Shown: positions 6,949-16,632, counted from the stretch's first letter. The stretch is DNA of 64,000 bases from an uncultured Spirochaetaceae bacterium (GCA_944392935.1 CALXYI010000032.1:132-64131); one strand, 5' to 3'. Made by a program: numbers and translations. Notes: generated by a model from the sequence alone, not told the origin.

Positions 6949-8472
6949 ATGGAAGACAAGATCAGATCGCTTAGGATGGAGCACATCTCGAAGAGATTCC
7001 CCGGTGTGCTCGCTTCCGATGACATCTCCATAAGCGTAGGCGAAGGCGAAGTCCTTGCCCTCGTGGGCGAGAACGGCGCAGGGAAGACCACGCTTATGAA
7101 TATCCTCATGGGGCTTTACCAGCCTGATGAGGGACGCATCCTCATAAATGACGAGGAAGTGAGGTTCAGGGGCCCGGAAGATGCTTTCCGTGCCGGGCTT
7201 GGGATGGTGCATCAGACATACATGCTCGTCCCCAATATGACAGTCACTGAGAATATCGCTCTCGGATACAAGGCCGCATGGAAGCCATTCCGGCTGGACA
7301 TGAAGGCAGTCAGGGACAGGGTCGTGGAGATATCATCCCGCTATGGCCTTGCAGTCAATCCGGATGCATATATCTGGCAGCTCTCGGTCGGCGAGCAGCA
7401 GAAGGTGGAGCTCGTGAAGACGCTCTGCCTCGGTGCCAGGTTCCTCATACTCGATGAGCCGACGTCAGCGCTCACGCCGCAGGAGGTGGATGAGCTTATC
7501 GTCCTGCTGCATAAGATGACAGAGGAGCTCTCTATAATCTTCATCTCCCACAAGCTTCAGGAGGTGAAGGCCCTGTCGAACAAGGTTACGATACTGCGGC
7601 ATGGGAAGGTTGTCTTCTCAGGCAATACCGATGACTACTCATCGCAGGAGATCGCCGCGAAGATGACAGGGCATGAGATAATACTGCCCAAGAACTCGGG
7701 AAGCCCGTCAGATGGCCCTGTGGCCCTTTCCATAAAGGATCTTGTGGTGATGTCCGACAGGAAGACCGTGGCCCTCGACCACCTGTCGCTTGATGTAAGG
7801 GCAGGGGAGATCATAGGGCTTGCAGGAGTCTCCGGCAACGGACAGAGGGAGCTTGCGGAGGCGATAAACGGGCTCAGACGCACGGAGAGCGGTTCCATAT
7901 CGTTCTTCGGCAAGGAGATATCGAACAGCACGCCTCATGGGATAATCGAGGCGGGAATGGGCTATATCCCGGAGGAAAGGAATGTGGAGGGCATAGTCCC
8001 GTCATTCTCCATCAGGGAGAATCTCATCCTCAAGGATTCCGATTCGCCGCAGTTCTCGAAAGGCGTCTTCCTTGACAGCAGGAAGATAGAGAGCACCGCA
8101 TCATCGCTCGTGGAGCGCTTCGATGTCAGATGCCCGGGAACGGCTACGGCTGCAGGCTCGCTCTCCGGTGGCAATATACAGAAAGTCATCCTCGCACGTG
8201 AGATAGAGCGCCGCCCGAAGTTCCTTATCGCGGTCTATCCGACACGTGGCCTCGATATGGGGGCTGTCGAGTTCATACACCAGAAGCTGCTTGCCATACG
8301 CGACAGCGGCATCGGCATCCTCCTGATATCAGAGGAGCTGGATGAGATAATGGACCTCTCCGACCGCATCGCGGTCATATACAAGGGATCGATCCAGCGT
8401 GTGCTGAGCAAGCTTGAGGCCACGAGGGAGAGGCTTGGCATACTTATGGCAGGTGTGAGGGAAGAGTCATGA
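6949..8472 (+). CDS. ABC transporter ATP-binding protein with two cassettes (nucleoside/sugar type)
   Basis: Walker A motifs GENGAGKTT and GVSGNGQRE. Signature motifs LSVGEQQK and LSGGNIQK. 507 aa. Confidence 0.95.
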   Translation: MEDKIRSLRMEHISKRFPGVLASDDISISVGEGEVLALVGENGAGKTTLMNILMGLYQPDEGRILINDEEVRFRGPEDAFRAGLGMVHQTYMLVPNMTVTENIALGYKAAWKPFRLDMKAVRDRVVEISSRYGLAVNPDAYIWQLSVGEQQKVELVKTLCLGARFLILDEPTSALTPQEVDELIVLLHKMTEELSIIFISHKLQEVKALSNKVTILRHGKVVFSGNTDDYSSQEIAAKMTGHEIILPKNSGSPSDGPVALSIKDLVVMSDRKTVALDHLSLDVRAGEIIGLAGVSGNGQRELAEAINGLRRTESGSISFFGKEISNSTPHGIIEAGMGYIPEERNVEGIVPSFSIRENLILKDSDSPQFSKGVFLDSRKIESTASSLVERFDVRCPGTATAAGSLSGGNIQKVILAREIERRPKFLIAVYPTRGLDMGAVEFIHQKLLAIRDSGIGILLISEELDEIMDLSDRIAVIYKGSIQRVLSKLEATRERLGILMAGVREES

Positions 8473-9554
8473 CGAAAGGATTCAGATTAGCCTTCAGGGC
8501 TGTGGTTGTTCTGCTGGCCATACTCGCCACGCTTCTTATGGCCTCGGTCATCCTCTGGATGATCGGTGCGGATGTGGCAGCTACGTTCTATACGATCTGC
8601 TTCGAGCCCCTTACCAGGATGCTCCATATCTCGGAAGTGCTCATACGCGCGATTCCCCTGTGCATAATCGCCATAGGCATATCGGTGGCATACAGATCCG
8701 GGATAATAAACATCGGTGCAGAGGGACAGATGGCCATGGGGATCCTGGCATTCACCGGTGCAGCGCTTGCGTTTCCCGATGTTCCCAGGCCGCTGCTGCT
8801 GCCCCTTGCGCTGCTTGCATCCATGATCGGAGGCGGCGTGTGGGGATTCATACCGGGCATCCTCAAGGCGAGGCTCAATGTCTCTGAGCTCCTGTCCACG
8901 GTCATGCTCAACTACATCGCGGCGCAGTTCTACTCGCTCTGCCTCCGCACGATCTACCTCGATCCTGCTGAGCAGGTAGACGGTACGGGCACTCCGCAGT
9001 CGATGAGGCTCACCGAGAATGTATGGCTCGGCCGTATCACCGGACGCCTCCACTTCGGCATCCTGATAGCCCTCGTGCTTGCCGTACTCATATTCATCCT
9101 CATGTGGAAGACATCGATAGGCTTCAAGATGAGGGCATCCGGATCCTGTGCCCGCGCTGCGCGCTACGGCGGCATAAGCGTCGGCTTCTATGTCGCGGCT
9201 TCGATGATCATCTCCGGAGCATTCGCAGGGCTTGCAGGCGGTGTGGAGCTTGCGGGCGTGCACAGGAGGGCCATCGAGGGCATAACGAACAACTACGGCT
9301 TCTCCGGAGTCGTGGTCGCTCTCTTCGGCGGCCTGCATCCCTTCGGGATAATCCCCGCATCCTTCTTCTTCGGCCTGATGATCTACGGATCGACGCTGGC
9401 GCCATCGAAGGTAGGGGTCCCCGCGAATATCGTGCAGGTGATGCAGGGCATAATCATAATCGTCATAGTGACAGCGCAGATGGTGCTTTCCAACGCATAT
9501 CTCCAGGACAGGATATGGAGGAAGTACCAGGCGCTGAGGAAGAAGGAGGCCTGA
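8469..9554 (+). CDS. ABC transporter permease
   Basis: Polytopic membrane protein. ATGA overlap with the ATPase gene. Confidence 0.9.
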   Translation: MTKGFRLAFRAVVVLLAILATLLMASVILWMIGADVAATFYTICFEPLTRMLHISEVLIRAIPLCIIAIGISVAYRSGIINIGAEGQMAMGILAFTGAALAFPDVPRPLLLPLALLASMIGGGVWGFIPGILKARLNVSELLSTVMLNYIAAQFYSLCLRTIYLDPAEQVDGTGTPQSMRLTENVWLGRITGRLHFGILIALVLAVLIFILMWKTSIGFKMRASGSCARAARYGGISVGFYVAASMIISGAFAGLAGGVELAGVHRRAIEGITNNYGFSGVVVALFGGLHPFGIIPASFFFGLMIYGSTLAPSKVGVPANIVQVMQGIIIIVIVTAQMVLSNAYLQDRIWRKYQALRKKEA

Positions 9555-9555
9555 T

Positions 9556-10503
9556 ATGCTTGATATAATCACCAACATGCTCTCGATGTGCATACCGTTC
9601 TCGGTTGCGCTCCTCCTTGCTTCGATCGGCGAGATGTTCAACCAGCGGGCCGGTGTGTTCAACCTCGGATGCGAGGGAGTCATGGCGATGGGCGCCTTCA
9701 TCGGCATGCTCATACCTTTCATGGCAGGAGGGGGCGGGGCCGTCTCTGAATGGTACAACCTCCTCGGCTTCGTGGCCGCTGCCGTGCTCGGAGCGCTCTT
9801 CGGCCTCTTCTTCGGTCTCGTGACGGTCACGTTCAGGGCTCCTCAGGGAATCGCGGGGATAGGGCTGCAGATGTTCGGCGTAGGAACGGCAGGAACGCTC
9901 TTCCGCCATTTCGTAGGCGGGACGCAGTCCATTCCCGGGATACCGGATATCGACATACCGGTCCTTTCCAGGATACCTGTCATCGGTGACATATTCTTCT
10001 CGCACAATGCCGCTGCCTATCTGGCATATCTCTTCATCCCGGTCGCGTGGTACATACTCTTCCGCACCCCGTGGGGACTGAAGGTGAGGGCTGCCGGGAC
10101 AAGCCCGAGGGCCGCCGATTCCATGGGCATAAACGTCAGCCGGGTGCGCTATGAGGCGCTGATGCTCGGAGGCGCGCTTGCAGGCCTTGCAGGAGCGTAT
10201 CTCTCGATAGCGCAGGCGAAGATGTTCTCAGATACCCTGATCTCGGGACGCGGCTTCATCGCGGTGGCGCTTGTCTATTTCGGCCACTGGCATCCTGCGC
10301 AGATCATGGGAGGAGCGCTGCTCTTCACGCTTGCCCAGACTTTCCAGACGATCGTGCAGAGCATGGGCATCTCGTTCCCCTACGAGCTTGCAGTCATGCT
10401 GCCGTATATCCTTGTGATCGTCGTGCTCTCGTTCACGTCGCGCAATCAGATAACGGCGCCGACATCCCTTGGCAAGCCGTTCAACAGGGAGATAAGGACC
10501 TGA
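9556..10503 (+). CDS. ABC transporter permease
   Basis: Polytopic membrane protein. It starts 1 nt after the previous stop. Confidence 0.9.
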   Translation: MLDIITNMLSMCIPFSVALLLASIGEMFNQRAGVFNLGCEGVMAMGAFIGMLIPFMAGGGGAVSEWYNLLGFVAAAVLGALFGLFFGLVTVTFRAPQGIAGIGLQMFGVGTAGTLFRHFVGGTQSIPGIPDIDIPVLSRIPVIGDIFFSHNAAAYLAYLFIPVAWYILFRTPWGLKVRAAGTSPRAADSMGINVSRVRYEALMLGGALAGLAGAYLSIAQAKMFSDTLISGRGFIAVALVYFGHWHPAQIMGGALLFTLAQTFQTIVQSMGISFPYELAVMLPYILVIVVLSFTSRNQITAPTSLGKPFNREIRT

Positions 10504-10578
10504 TTTGAAAATCCCCGGAAACGGGGATTCCATTCTCCCGCTACTTGATGCAGAATCTGAGGGAAAGGAGTTCCTTAT

Positions 10579-11205
10579 ATGAAGATCTATGATGTCACTG
10601 ACGCTGTATTCAGCGAATACGGCAGGATTGTCGAGGGCGTGGATACCGCAGCCCTCCTGGAGAAGCTTGACGAGGTATCGCCATGCCCTGATGACAGCAC
10701 TGTATATGTGCCCGATGTGAAGGAGCTTGATGCCCTTCCAGTCTTCTCCTTCCTGCAGGATCATGTCTATGGCGGGCTTCCGATAGAGATCGGATACTGC
10801 TCCGGCACGAATACCAGGCTCAACTGCCTGGAGTACCACAGGGGCTGCGAGCTCAATGTCGCCGCATCATCATTCGTACTGCTGCTTGCGCGTGTCCAGG
10901 ATATCAAGGACGGGAAGATCGATTCGTCAGCGGTCAAGGCGTTCAGGGTTCCGGCAGGAGTTGCCGTGATCGTCTACGAGACGACGCTGCATTATGCTCC
11001 ATGCGGTCATTTCAAGGTGATCGTCGTGCTTCCGAAGGGAACGAACGAGGCAAAGCCGGATATCAAGGCAGCGACATGGGAGGATGGCCTTCTGTGGGCA
11101 GCCAACAAGTGGCTCATCGCGCATCCCGATACCGCTGAGGCCGCAGCAGGTGCCTATGTCGGCATCACGGGCTGCAATATAGACATAGCAGAGGATCTCC
11201 GGTAG
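10579..11205 (+). CDS. DUF4867-like protein (cupin/ureidoglycolate-lyase-like fold family), function unknown
   Basis: AAGGAG RBS. Motifs as I recall them for DUF4867: GGLPIEIGYCSGTNTRLNCLEYHRGCELN, TTLHYAPC, LLWAANKWLIAHPD. Confidence 0.65.
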   Translation: MKIYDVTDAVFSEYGRIVEGVDTAALLEKLDEVSPCPDDSTVYVPDVKELDALPVFSFLQDHVYGGLPIEIGYCSGTNTRLNCLEYHRGCELNVAASSFVLLLARVQDIKDGKIDSSAVKAFRVPAGVAVIVYETTLHYAPCGHFKVIVVLPKGTNEAKPDIKAATWEDGLLWAANKWLIAHPDTAEAAAGAYVGITGCNIDIAEDLR

Positions 11206-11260
11206 CCATATCCTCTTTTCTCGGGTATCATCCTCCTGACTCGATCGGGAGGATTTTTCC

Positions 11261-12418
11261 ATGAAGGGAAGGACATGTCCGCTCTCCGGGCGTTGCGGGG
11301 GCTGTGATTTCATCGGTATGCGCTATGAGGATGAGCTTCTGGAGAAGTATCTGGAGGAGGAGCGGTATCTCTCATCGTTCTGCCGTGTCTCTCCGATCCT
11401 CCCTTCCCCGAGGATCACGGGCTATAGATGCAAGGTGCAGGCTGCGTGCGGGACATCGGACGGCCGCCTCGTCACAGGGATATACCGCCGCGGAAGCCAC
11501 CGTCTCATACCTGTACGCTCATGTCCCCTGGAGGATCCCCGTGCGCAGGAAGCCATAGGCACGGTCCGCATGGCTGCGAACAGGTTCCGCCTCTCCGCCT
11601 ATGATGAGGACAGGGGTACAGGGGACCTCCGGCATATCCTCGTACGCTGCTCCTCCCATTATGATGAGGGGCTTGTCGCGCTTATCGCTTCATCCCTGGA
11701 CCTGAGGTGCGCTGATGATATAGCCGCTCTTCTCCATCAGCGCCATTCCTGGGTCAGGTCCGTCTCCGTCATAGCCAATGCAGGGAAGACATCCCTGGTG
11801 ATCCCTCCGGGTGCGGAGGAGAGGGTGGTCTATGGCAGGGGATTCATAATGGACAGGCTCAATGGCCTGGATTTCCGCATCTCCGCATCATCCTTCTACC
11901 AGGTGAATCCCGTGCAGGCGGGGAGGCTCTATACGATAGCGATGAACATGGCTTCCCTCAGGGGGTCCGACCATGTCATAGATGCATACTGCGGGACAGG
12001 AACGATAGCGCTCATGGCAGCAGCTTCCGGTGCGGGGCATGTCCTCGGCATAGAAGCCAATGCCGATGCCATATCGGATGCCGAGGCGAATGCCAGGCTG
12101 AACGGCATAGGCAATGCTGAATTCGTCACAGCCGATGCCTCGAAGCACATGAGGAAGCTTGCGAGGGAAGGCAGACGCTGCTCAGTGCTCTTCCTCGACC
12201 CTCCGAGATCCGGTGCATCGGAGGAGTTCCTTGCCGCCGCAGGGAGGATGGAGCCGGAGAGGATCGTGTATATCTCCTGCAATCCCGAGACGCTCGGACG
12301 GGATCTCAGGTACATAAGGCGGTTCCTTCCATACCGCACCGTCGGGATACAGCCCGTTGACCTCTTTCCTGGATCCGCTCATATAGAGACAGCGGTCCTT
12401 CTGCACCGCTGTTCCTGA
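11261..12418 (+). CDS. TrmA/RlmD-family SAM-dependent RNA (uracil-5)-methyltransferase
   Basis: N-terminal Fe-S Cys cluster CPLSGRCGGCDF. SAM motif DAYCGTGTIAL. C-terminal LDPPRSG and YISCNPETL. Confidence 0.9.
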   Translation: MKGRTCPLSGRCGGCDFIGMRYEDELLEKYLEEERYLSSFCRVSPILPSPRITGYRCKVQAACGTSDGRLVTGIYRRGSHRLIPVRSCPLEDPRAQEAIGTVRMAANRFRLSAYDEDRGTGDLRHILVRCSSHYDEGLVALIASSLDLRCADDIAALLHQRHSWVRSVSVIANAGKTSLVIPPGAEERVVYGRGFIMDRLNGLDFRISASSFYQVNPVQAGRLYTIAMNMASLRGSDHVIDAYCGTGTIALMAAASGAGHVLGIEANADAISDAEANARLNGIGNAEFVTADASKHMRKLAREGRRCSVLFLDPPRSGASEEFLAAAGRMEPERIVYISCNPETLGRDLRYIRRFLPYRTVGIQPVDLFPGSAHIETAVLLHRCS

Positions 12419-12477
12419 AAAACCATGCGCTGTCTCCTTCGCTGTGGTAGAATAAGGCAAAAAGGAGGAGCTAGGAT

Positions 12478-13068
12478 ATGGTTATAACATTAGGAAGGGA
12501 GTTCGGAAGCGGGGGAAGGGAGCTTGGAAGGAGGCTCGCTGATTATCTCCATATCGCATACTACGATAAGGAGATCCTTTCGGAGATCGCGAAGCGGACC
12601 CAGCTTACGGAGGAGTATGTCCATAATGTCGTGGAGCATCATCCGTATCCGCTCCTCCCGATAACGATCGGACACAGCCTCTATCCTGATATGTCCTTCC
12701 AGATACAGCAGTCAGTGTATGTGGAGCAGAGCAACATCATAAAGGAGATGGCTGCCGCTTCCGACTGCGTCATCGTCGGCAGATGCGCCGATTACATCCT
12801 CCAGGAGATAAAGCCGTTCAGGATCTTCGTCCATGCGGACATGGAATGCCGCATAAGGAGATGCCATGAGAGGGCTCCTGAGGGAGAGCATCTCTCGGAC
12901 AAGGAGATGAAGCAGATGATCCAGAAGGTTGATAAGGGCAGGGCGAAGTACTATGAGTTCTACACAGGGGAGAAATGGGGAGACAAGTCGAACTACGACC
13001 TCTGCATCAACACATCGAATGTCGTGATCAAGGAGCTTGTGCCGCATCTCGCTGCATTCCTGTCATAG
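12478..13068 (+). CDS. Cytidylate kinase-like family protein (Cytidylate_kin2 type), function unknown
   Basis: AGGAGG RBS. ITLGREFGSGGRELGRRLADYLHIAYYDKEIL and VIVGRCADYIL are typical of this family. Confidence 0.85.
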   Translation: MVITLGREFGSGGRELGRRLADYLHIAYYDKEILSEIAKRTQLTEEYVHNVVEHHPYPLLPITIGHSLYPDMSFQIQQSVYVEQSNIIKEMAAASDCVIVGRCADYILQEIKPFRIFVHADMECRIRRCHERAPEGEHLSDKEMKQMIQKVDKGRAKYYEFYTGEKWGDKSNYDLCINTSNVVIKELVPHLAAFLS

Positions 13069-13080
13069 CCGGGTGGCTTG

Positions 13081-13110
13081 ATGGAAACCGCCGGATCCCG
13101 GCGGTTCCAT
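13081..13110. terminator. Bidirectional hairpin between convergent genes
   Basis: ATGGAAACCGCCGG-ATC-CCGGCGGTTCCAT: a 13-bp stem with one bulged A. Confidence 0.6.
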
Positions 13111-13111
13111 G

Positions 13112-15022
13112 TCAGAGGATCTCCGGGAAGTCCTCCTTGATATGCAGGAACGAGCTGTAACCCAGCACGCTGACCCATCCGGTGTCCATGCCGAAAGAGC
13201 CGTTCATCCTCTCTTCATCTGAATCACGGTCCCATGATGTGTGGTCGATCTGCTCAGGCTGCCATCCGCCGCAGCTGCAGCTCTGCCCGAGATAGCCGTT
13301 GTCCTTGTCCGCTATGAGCGAGAGGCAGGCATTCATGAGCTTCTTCGCCTCATTCTTCCAGAGCCCGTCGCCTGTTATCCTCCAGAGCCTGAGATAGAGA
13401 CATGCGATGACCATGCCGTGGAAATCGAGGTAATGGTGGGCTACGGAGACTCCCGTCATCCCTGCCGTATGGAAAGAGAGCCTCCCGAGCGGCGACTGGG
13501 GCGGTATGAACGAATCCTTCTCCCATATCCATGTCAGTATGAAGGATGCCGCTGCCTCCGCTGCCTTCTCCGTGCGTTCATCGCCGAAGCCGTTCTCGAT
13601 GCATTCCAGCAGGAAGGAGAGTATGCTCATGCCGGCTTCCTTTCCCGCGGATTCGTCATCATGCATATCGCCGTGGAAATCGCCTGAGAGGGCGATCGAT
13701 GAGTAGAAGTCACGTGCCTTCCTGATCGAATCGCCCATTTCCCTGCGGTCCGTGCGTTCCATGATGGATGTCAGTATCCGTATCATGGCAGTGCCCATGT
13801 ATGCGCCGTTCGTGCCGCTGCTGTCCACCGCTGTCCCGTCCTTGTCCCACCATCTCCCGAAGGAGCCGTCAGGCAGCTGATGGTCATAGAAGAACGAGCC
13901 GACCCTCCATGGCAGCTGCAGGAAGGATACGTAGTCGGTCCTCCTGTATATATCCATATATGCCGACATCGCTTCGCCGGCACCGCCTGCATTCATGAGA
14001 CGGGCCCATTCAGGATGGCCGCTCATTCGGGGATATCCTCCGCGTTCCCCTGTCTTCAGATCCACGCAGTCCTGATAGAACCCGGGTGCGGTCTCCGAAG
14101 CGAGGAAGTACTTCGCGATCCTTATCGCTATGGCATTCAGCAGGTTGCTGTCATCATTGATCCCGAGCTTCTCCGCAGCCTTCAGCCTTGATTCAGAGAG
14201 GGCAGGGGAGAAGAGCCAGTCAGAGCGCGTGCGCAGGAATGCGGATGCAGCCTCCAGCGATTCCATCGGGAATGAGCTGGATGTGAATCCGCTGCCGTTT
14301 CCCTCGTCGAGGGCAAGCGCGGCATTCCCGTCATCCGTCCTGACAAGCATGTCGAGAAGCCTCTGCAGCTTCGATTCCGCGTATTTCTCCCAGCCTTTCC
14401 TGAGAGTGACCGGATAGCTGAAGAATGCCTTTATCAGATCGCGGTAGGATGAATACGGATCCGAGCCTTCACGGCGCGAGAAGAAGAACCGGCGGCTTAT
14501 GCTCTCTCCGGCCTTGAGCTCGAGCTCCGGATATGGGGCATAGGTGCGGGCAAGCGTCTTCCGCCCTCTGTAGCTGCACGGCAGCTCCACAGGAGGGAAC
14601 CGGAATGCCAGCCCTCTATCGCTCCACCCTGCAGAGGCCAGATGCCGCCTGTCAGGGCATTCGTTCATCCATGCATAAAGCCAGCTGCCGCCGCATTCCG
14701 CTGCGATTATCCCGGGAATCGGCATCCTCGTCTCGCAGAATGACCAGCATGGTGCACGTCGCGCGGTAGGGAAGCAGCCTTCCCCCTCCATATTCCCGCG
14801 GTACCATACCGCCGGTATGAATATCCTGTCACGGCTGAATCCATCCTCGCTGACCGTTACGGTCACCGAGCCCCTGAAATCCCTGACTGCCTTCGCTGTC
14901 AGTATGAAGCCGTCCTTGGTCTTCTCGGTTCCTATCCTGAGATTTCCTGCATCGAATGGTGCCTCTTCAGGCATCCCCTCTTTCCTGAGCCCTGCTGACT
15001 CAACAATGATCGCTGTTGTCAA
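13112..15022 (-). CDS. Large cytoplasmic hypothetical protein, possibly (alpha/alpha)-toroid glycoside-hydrolase/lyase-like
   Basis: 636 aa. TTG start behind GAGGAG (RBS 15032-15037). No signal peptide. The C-terminal 400 aa has repeated helical-hairpin-like motifs (LPDGSFGRWWDKDG, GTNGAYMGTAMIRIL, VAHHYLDFHGMVIACLYLRLWRITGD). The fold call is inference only. Confidence 0.75.
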   Translation of the reverse strand: MTTAIIVESAGLRKEGMPEEAPFDAGNLRIGTEKTKDGFILTAKAVRDFRGSVTVTVSEDGFSRDRIFIPAVWYRGNMEGEGCFPTARRAPCWSFCETRMPIPGIIAAECGGSWLYAWMNECPDRRHLASAGWSDRGLAFRFPPVELPCSYRGRKTLARTYAPYPELELKAGESISRRFFFSRREGSDPYSSYRDLIKAFFSYPVTLRKGWEKYAESKLQRLLDMLVRTDDGNAALALDEGNGSGFTSSSFPMESLEAASAFLRTRSDWLFSPALSESRLKAAEKLGINDDSNLLNAIAIRIAKYFLASETAPGFYQDCVDLKTGERGGYPRMSGHPEWARLMNAGGAGEAMSAYMDIYRRTDYVSFLQLPWRVGSFFYDHQLPDGSFGRWWDKDGTAVDSSGTNGAYMGTAMIRILTSIMERTDRREMGDSIRKARDFYSSIALSGDFHGDMHDDESAGKEAGMSILSFLLECIENGFGDERTEKAAEAAASFILTWIWEKDSFIPPQSPLGRLSFHTAGMTGVSVAHHYLDFHGMVIACLYLRLWRITGDGLWKNEAKKLMNACLSLIADKDNGYLGQSCSCGGWQPEQIDHTSWDRDSDEERMNGSFGMDTGWVSVLGYSSFLHIKEDFPEIL

Positions 15023-15349
15023 AACCCACTCCTCTAAATTCCCTGAATCGTTGCATTGCCATCGATGATCTTCCTATGGAGTCCGAAGAAGATGAGCCCA
15101 TGCCCGGATCCTGAGGCCTCCGGGCATGCTGACTTCCATGATGTATGATGCTGCAGGATCTGCCGTTCTATCCATGGGGATCCCCGGCCGCAGACTGCAT
15201 CTGCCGGGGGACCTATCTCCGATGATATGGTCCTGCACATGATCCTCATAGGCTAATGTTAGCACTTTGGGGAATATGCGCAATATATAACCAATAATTT
15301 GGAGAGATTTTCCTCCAGTTTCCGCCTGCCTTTCATGCTTGCCGCCCGC

Positions 15350-15377
15350 TTGCCGATGCAGCTGCCTTTTGTATATA
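15350..15377 (+). promoter_or_regulatory. Putative promoter of the flavodiiron gene
   Basis: TTGCCG (15350-15355), 16-nt spacer, TATATA (15372-15377). The -35 element is part of a tandem GCTTGCCG-CCC-GCTTGCCG repeat (15337-15355). Confidence 0.4.
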
Positions 15378-15399
15378 GTCTTCTGTGGAGATTCTGGAT

Positions 15400-16605
15400 A
15401 TGAACAGCATAAGGAAGATAACAGAGTATATCGTCTATGTAGGTGCAAGCGACCGCCGTCTTGCGCTTTTCGAGAATGTCTATCCGATAGAGCGCGGCGT
15501 AAGCTATAACTCATATGTCGTGCTGGACGAGCAGACAGTGCTTCTTGATACTGCAGACCACTCGGTATCGAGGGAGTTCCTTGCGAATGTGGAGAGCGCG
15601 CTCTCCGGGCGTCCGCTTGACTGGCTCATCGTCAACCATATGGAGCCTGACCACTGCGCGGTGATCGCTGAGATCGTCCTCAGGTATCCCGGCGTCAGGA
15701 TCGTCGGCAATGCCAAGACGATGCAGATGATGAAGCAGTTCTATACGTTCGATGTAGATAGCCATGCGCATATCGTCAAGGATGGCGATACGCTCTCGAC
15801 AGGCCGCCATGCATTCGCATTCGTCTTCGCCCCGATGGTGCACTGGCCGGAGGTCATGGTCACCTTCGATACGACGGAGGGGGTCCTTTTCTCAGCCGAT
15901 GCATTCGGTACATTCGGAGCGCTTTCGGGGAACCTGTGGGCAGATGAGCTCGATTTCGAAGGCGAGTGGCTCGATGACGCCAGGAGGTACTACATAAACA
16001 TCGTAGGGAAATACGGTGTACAGGTCATGAACACGCTCAGCAAGGCTGCCTCGCTCCCGATAAGGATGGTGCTGCCGCTCCATGGTCCGCTCTGGAGGGA
16101 GAACATCGGATGGTTCATCTCGAAATACCAGACATGGGCATCATATGTGCCGGAGGAGAAGGGGCTCCTGATCGTGTATTCATCGATCTACGGCAATACA
16201 GCGGATGCGATGGCCGTGCTCGCCGGTGCCTGTGCTGAGAAGGGCATCAGGAACATCCATATGCATGATGCATCCAAGACCGATGTCTCCGTTCTCGTGT
16301 CGGAATGCTTCAGATACAGCACGATCGTATTCGCCTCCCCGACATACAATGCCGAGATATTCCCGAAGATGGAGATGCTCCTCCTTGAGCTCAAGGCGCA
16401 TGCCTTCCAGAACAGGGATGCCGCAATCGTGGAGAACGGCACATGGGCGATCTCATCCGGAAGGAAGATGTCCGAGATGCTCGGCTCGATGAAGGATATA
16501 AGGATCATAGCTCCGACGCTGACGATCAAGTCATCGCTCAAGGAGGATCAGATGCCCCTTGTGGAAGAGATGGCGGAAGCTCTCGCGAAGAGCGTCAACG
16601 GCTGA
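15400..16605 (+). CDS. FprA-family flavodiiron protein (A-type flavoprotein)
   Basis: Metallo-beta-lactamase-like diiron motif NHMEPDHC plus a C-terminal flavodoxin-like domain (LLIVYSSIYGNTADAMA). ATG 15400 is preferred over GTG 15385 because GGAG lies 9 nt upstream. Confidence 0.9.
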   Translation: MNSIRKITEYIVYVGASDRRLALFENVYPIERGVSYNSYVVLDEQTVLLDTADHSVSREFLANVESALSGRPLDWLIVNHMEPDHCAVIAEIVLRYPGVRIVGNAKTMQMMKQFYTFDVDSHAHIVKDGDTLSTGRHAFAFVFAPMVHWPEVMVTFDTTEGVLFSADAFGTFGALSGNLWADELDFEGEWLDDARRYYINIVGKYGVQVMNTLSKAASLPIRMVLPLHGPLWRENIGWFISKYQTWASYVPEEKGLLIVYSSIYGNTADAMAVLAGACAEKGIRNIHMHDASKTDVSVLVSECFRYSTIVFASPTYNAEIFPKMEMLLLELKAHAFQNRDAAIVENGTWAISSGRKMSEMLGSMKDIRIIAPTLTIKSSLKEDQMPLVEEMAEALAKSVNG

Positions 16606-16609
16606 CAGG

Positions 16610-16632
16610 AAGGCGGCTCCGGCCGCCTTTTC
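16610..16632 (+). terminator. Rho-independent terminator
   Basis: AAGGCGGC-TCCG-GCCGCCTT followed by TTCCC. It lies 5 nt after the fprA-like stop. Confidence 0.65.

Noticed and set aside
8487-9830. Very long antisense ORFs inside well-supported genes. Examples: 8487..9830 (447 aa), 38164..39555 (463 aa), 60174..61046, 62195..62962, 33779..34543, 34587..35351, 19766..20593, 28572..29489, 45035..45934, 53776..54552 and 29918..30694.
   Set aside because: Most are exactly codon-aligned with the sense gene; their lowest coordinate is congruent with the sense start modulo 3 for 8487, 38164, 60174, 62195, 33779, 34587, 19766, 28572 and 45035. They stay open only because the sense genes avoid TTA, CTA and TCA codons. 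Their translations are low-complexity R/H/G/P/D-rich strings with no motifs, no RBS and no independent boundaries, while the sense-strand proteins have unmistakable family motifs.
15034-15514. Minus-strand ORFs 15034..15249 (71 aa) and 15074..15514 (146 aa) in the fprA upstream region.
   Set aside because: Neither has an RBS before its start. The longer one runs antisense through the fprA promoter and start codon. The products are Arg/His/Pro-rich with no motif. The tight stop-RBS junction of the 71-aa ORF with the 636-aa gene was noted, but I judged it insufficient.
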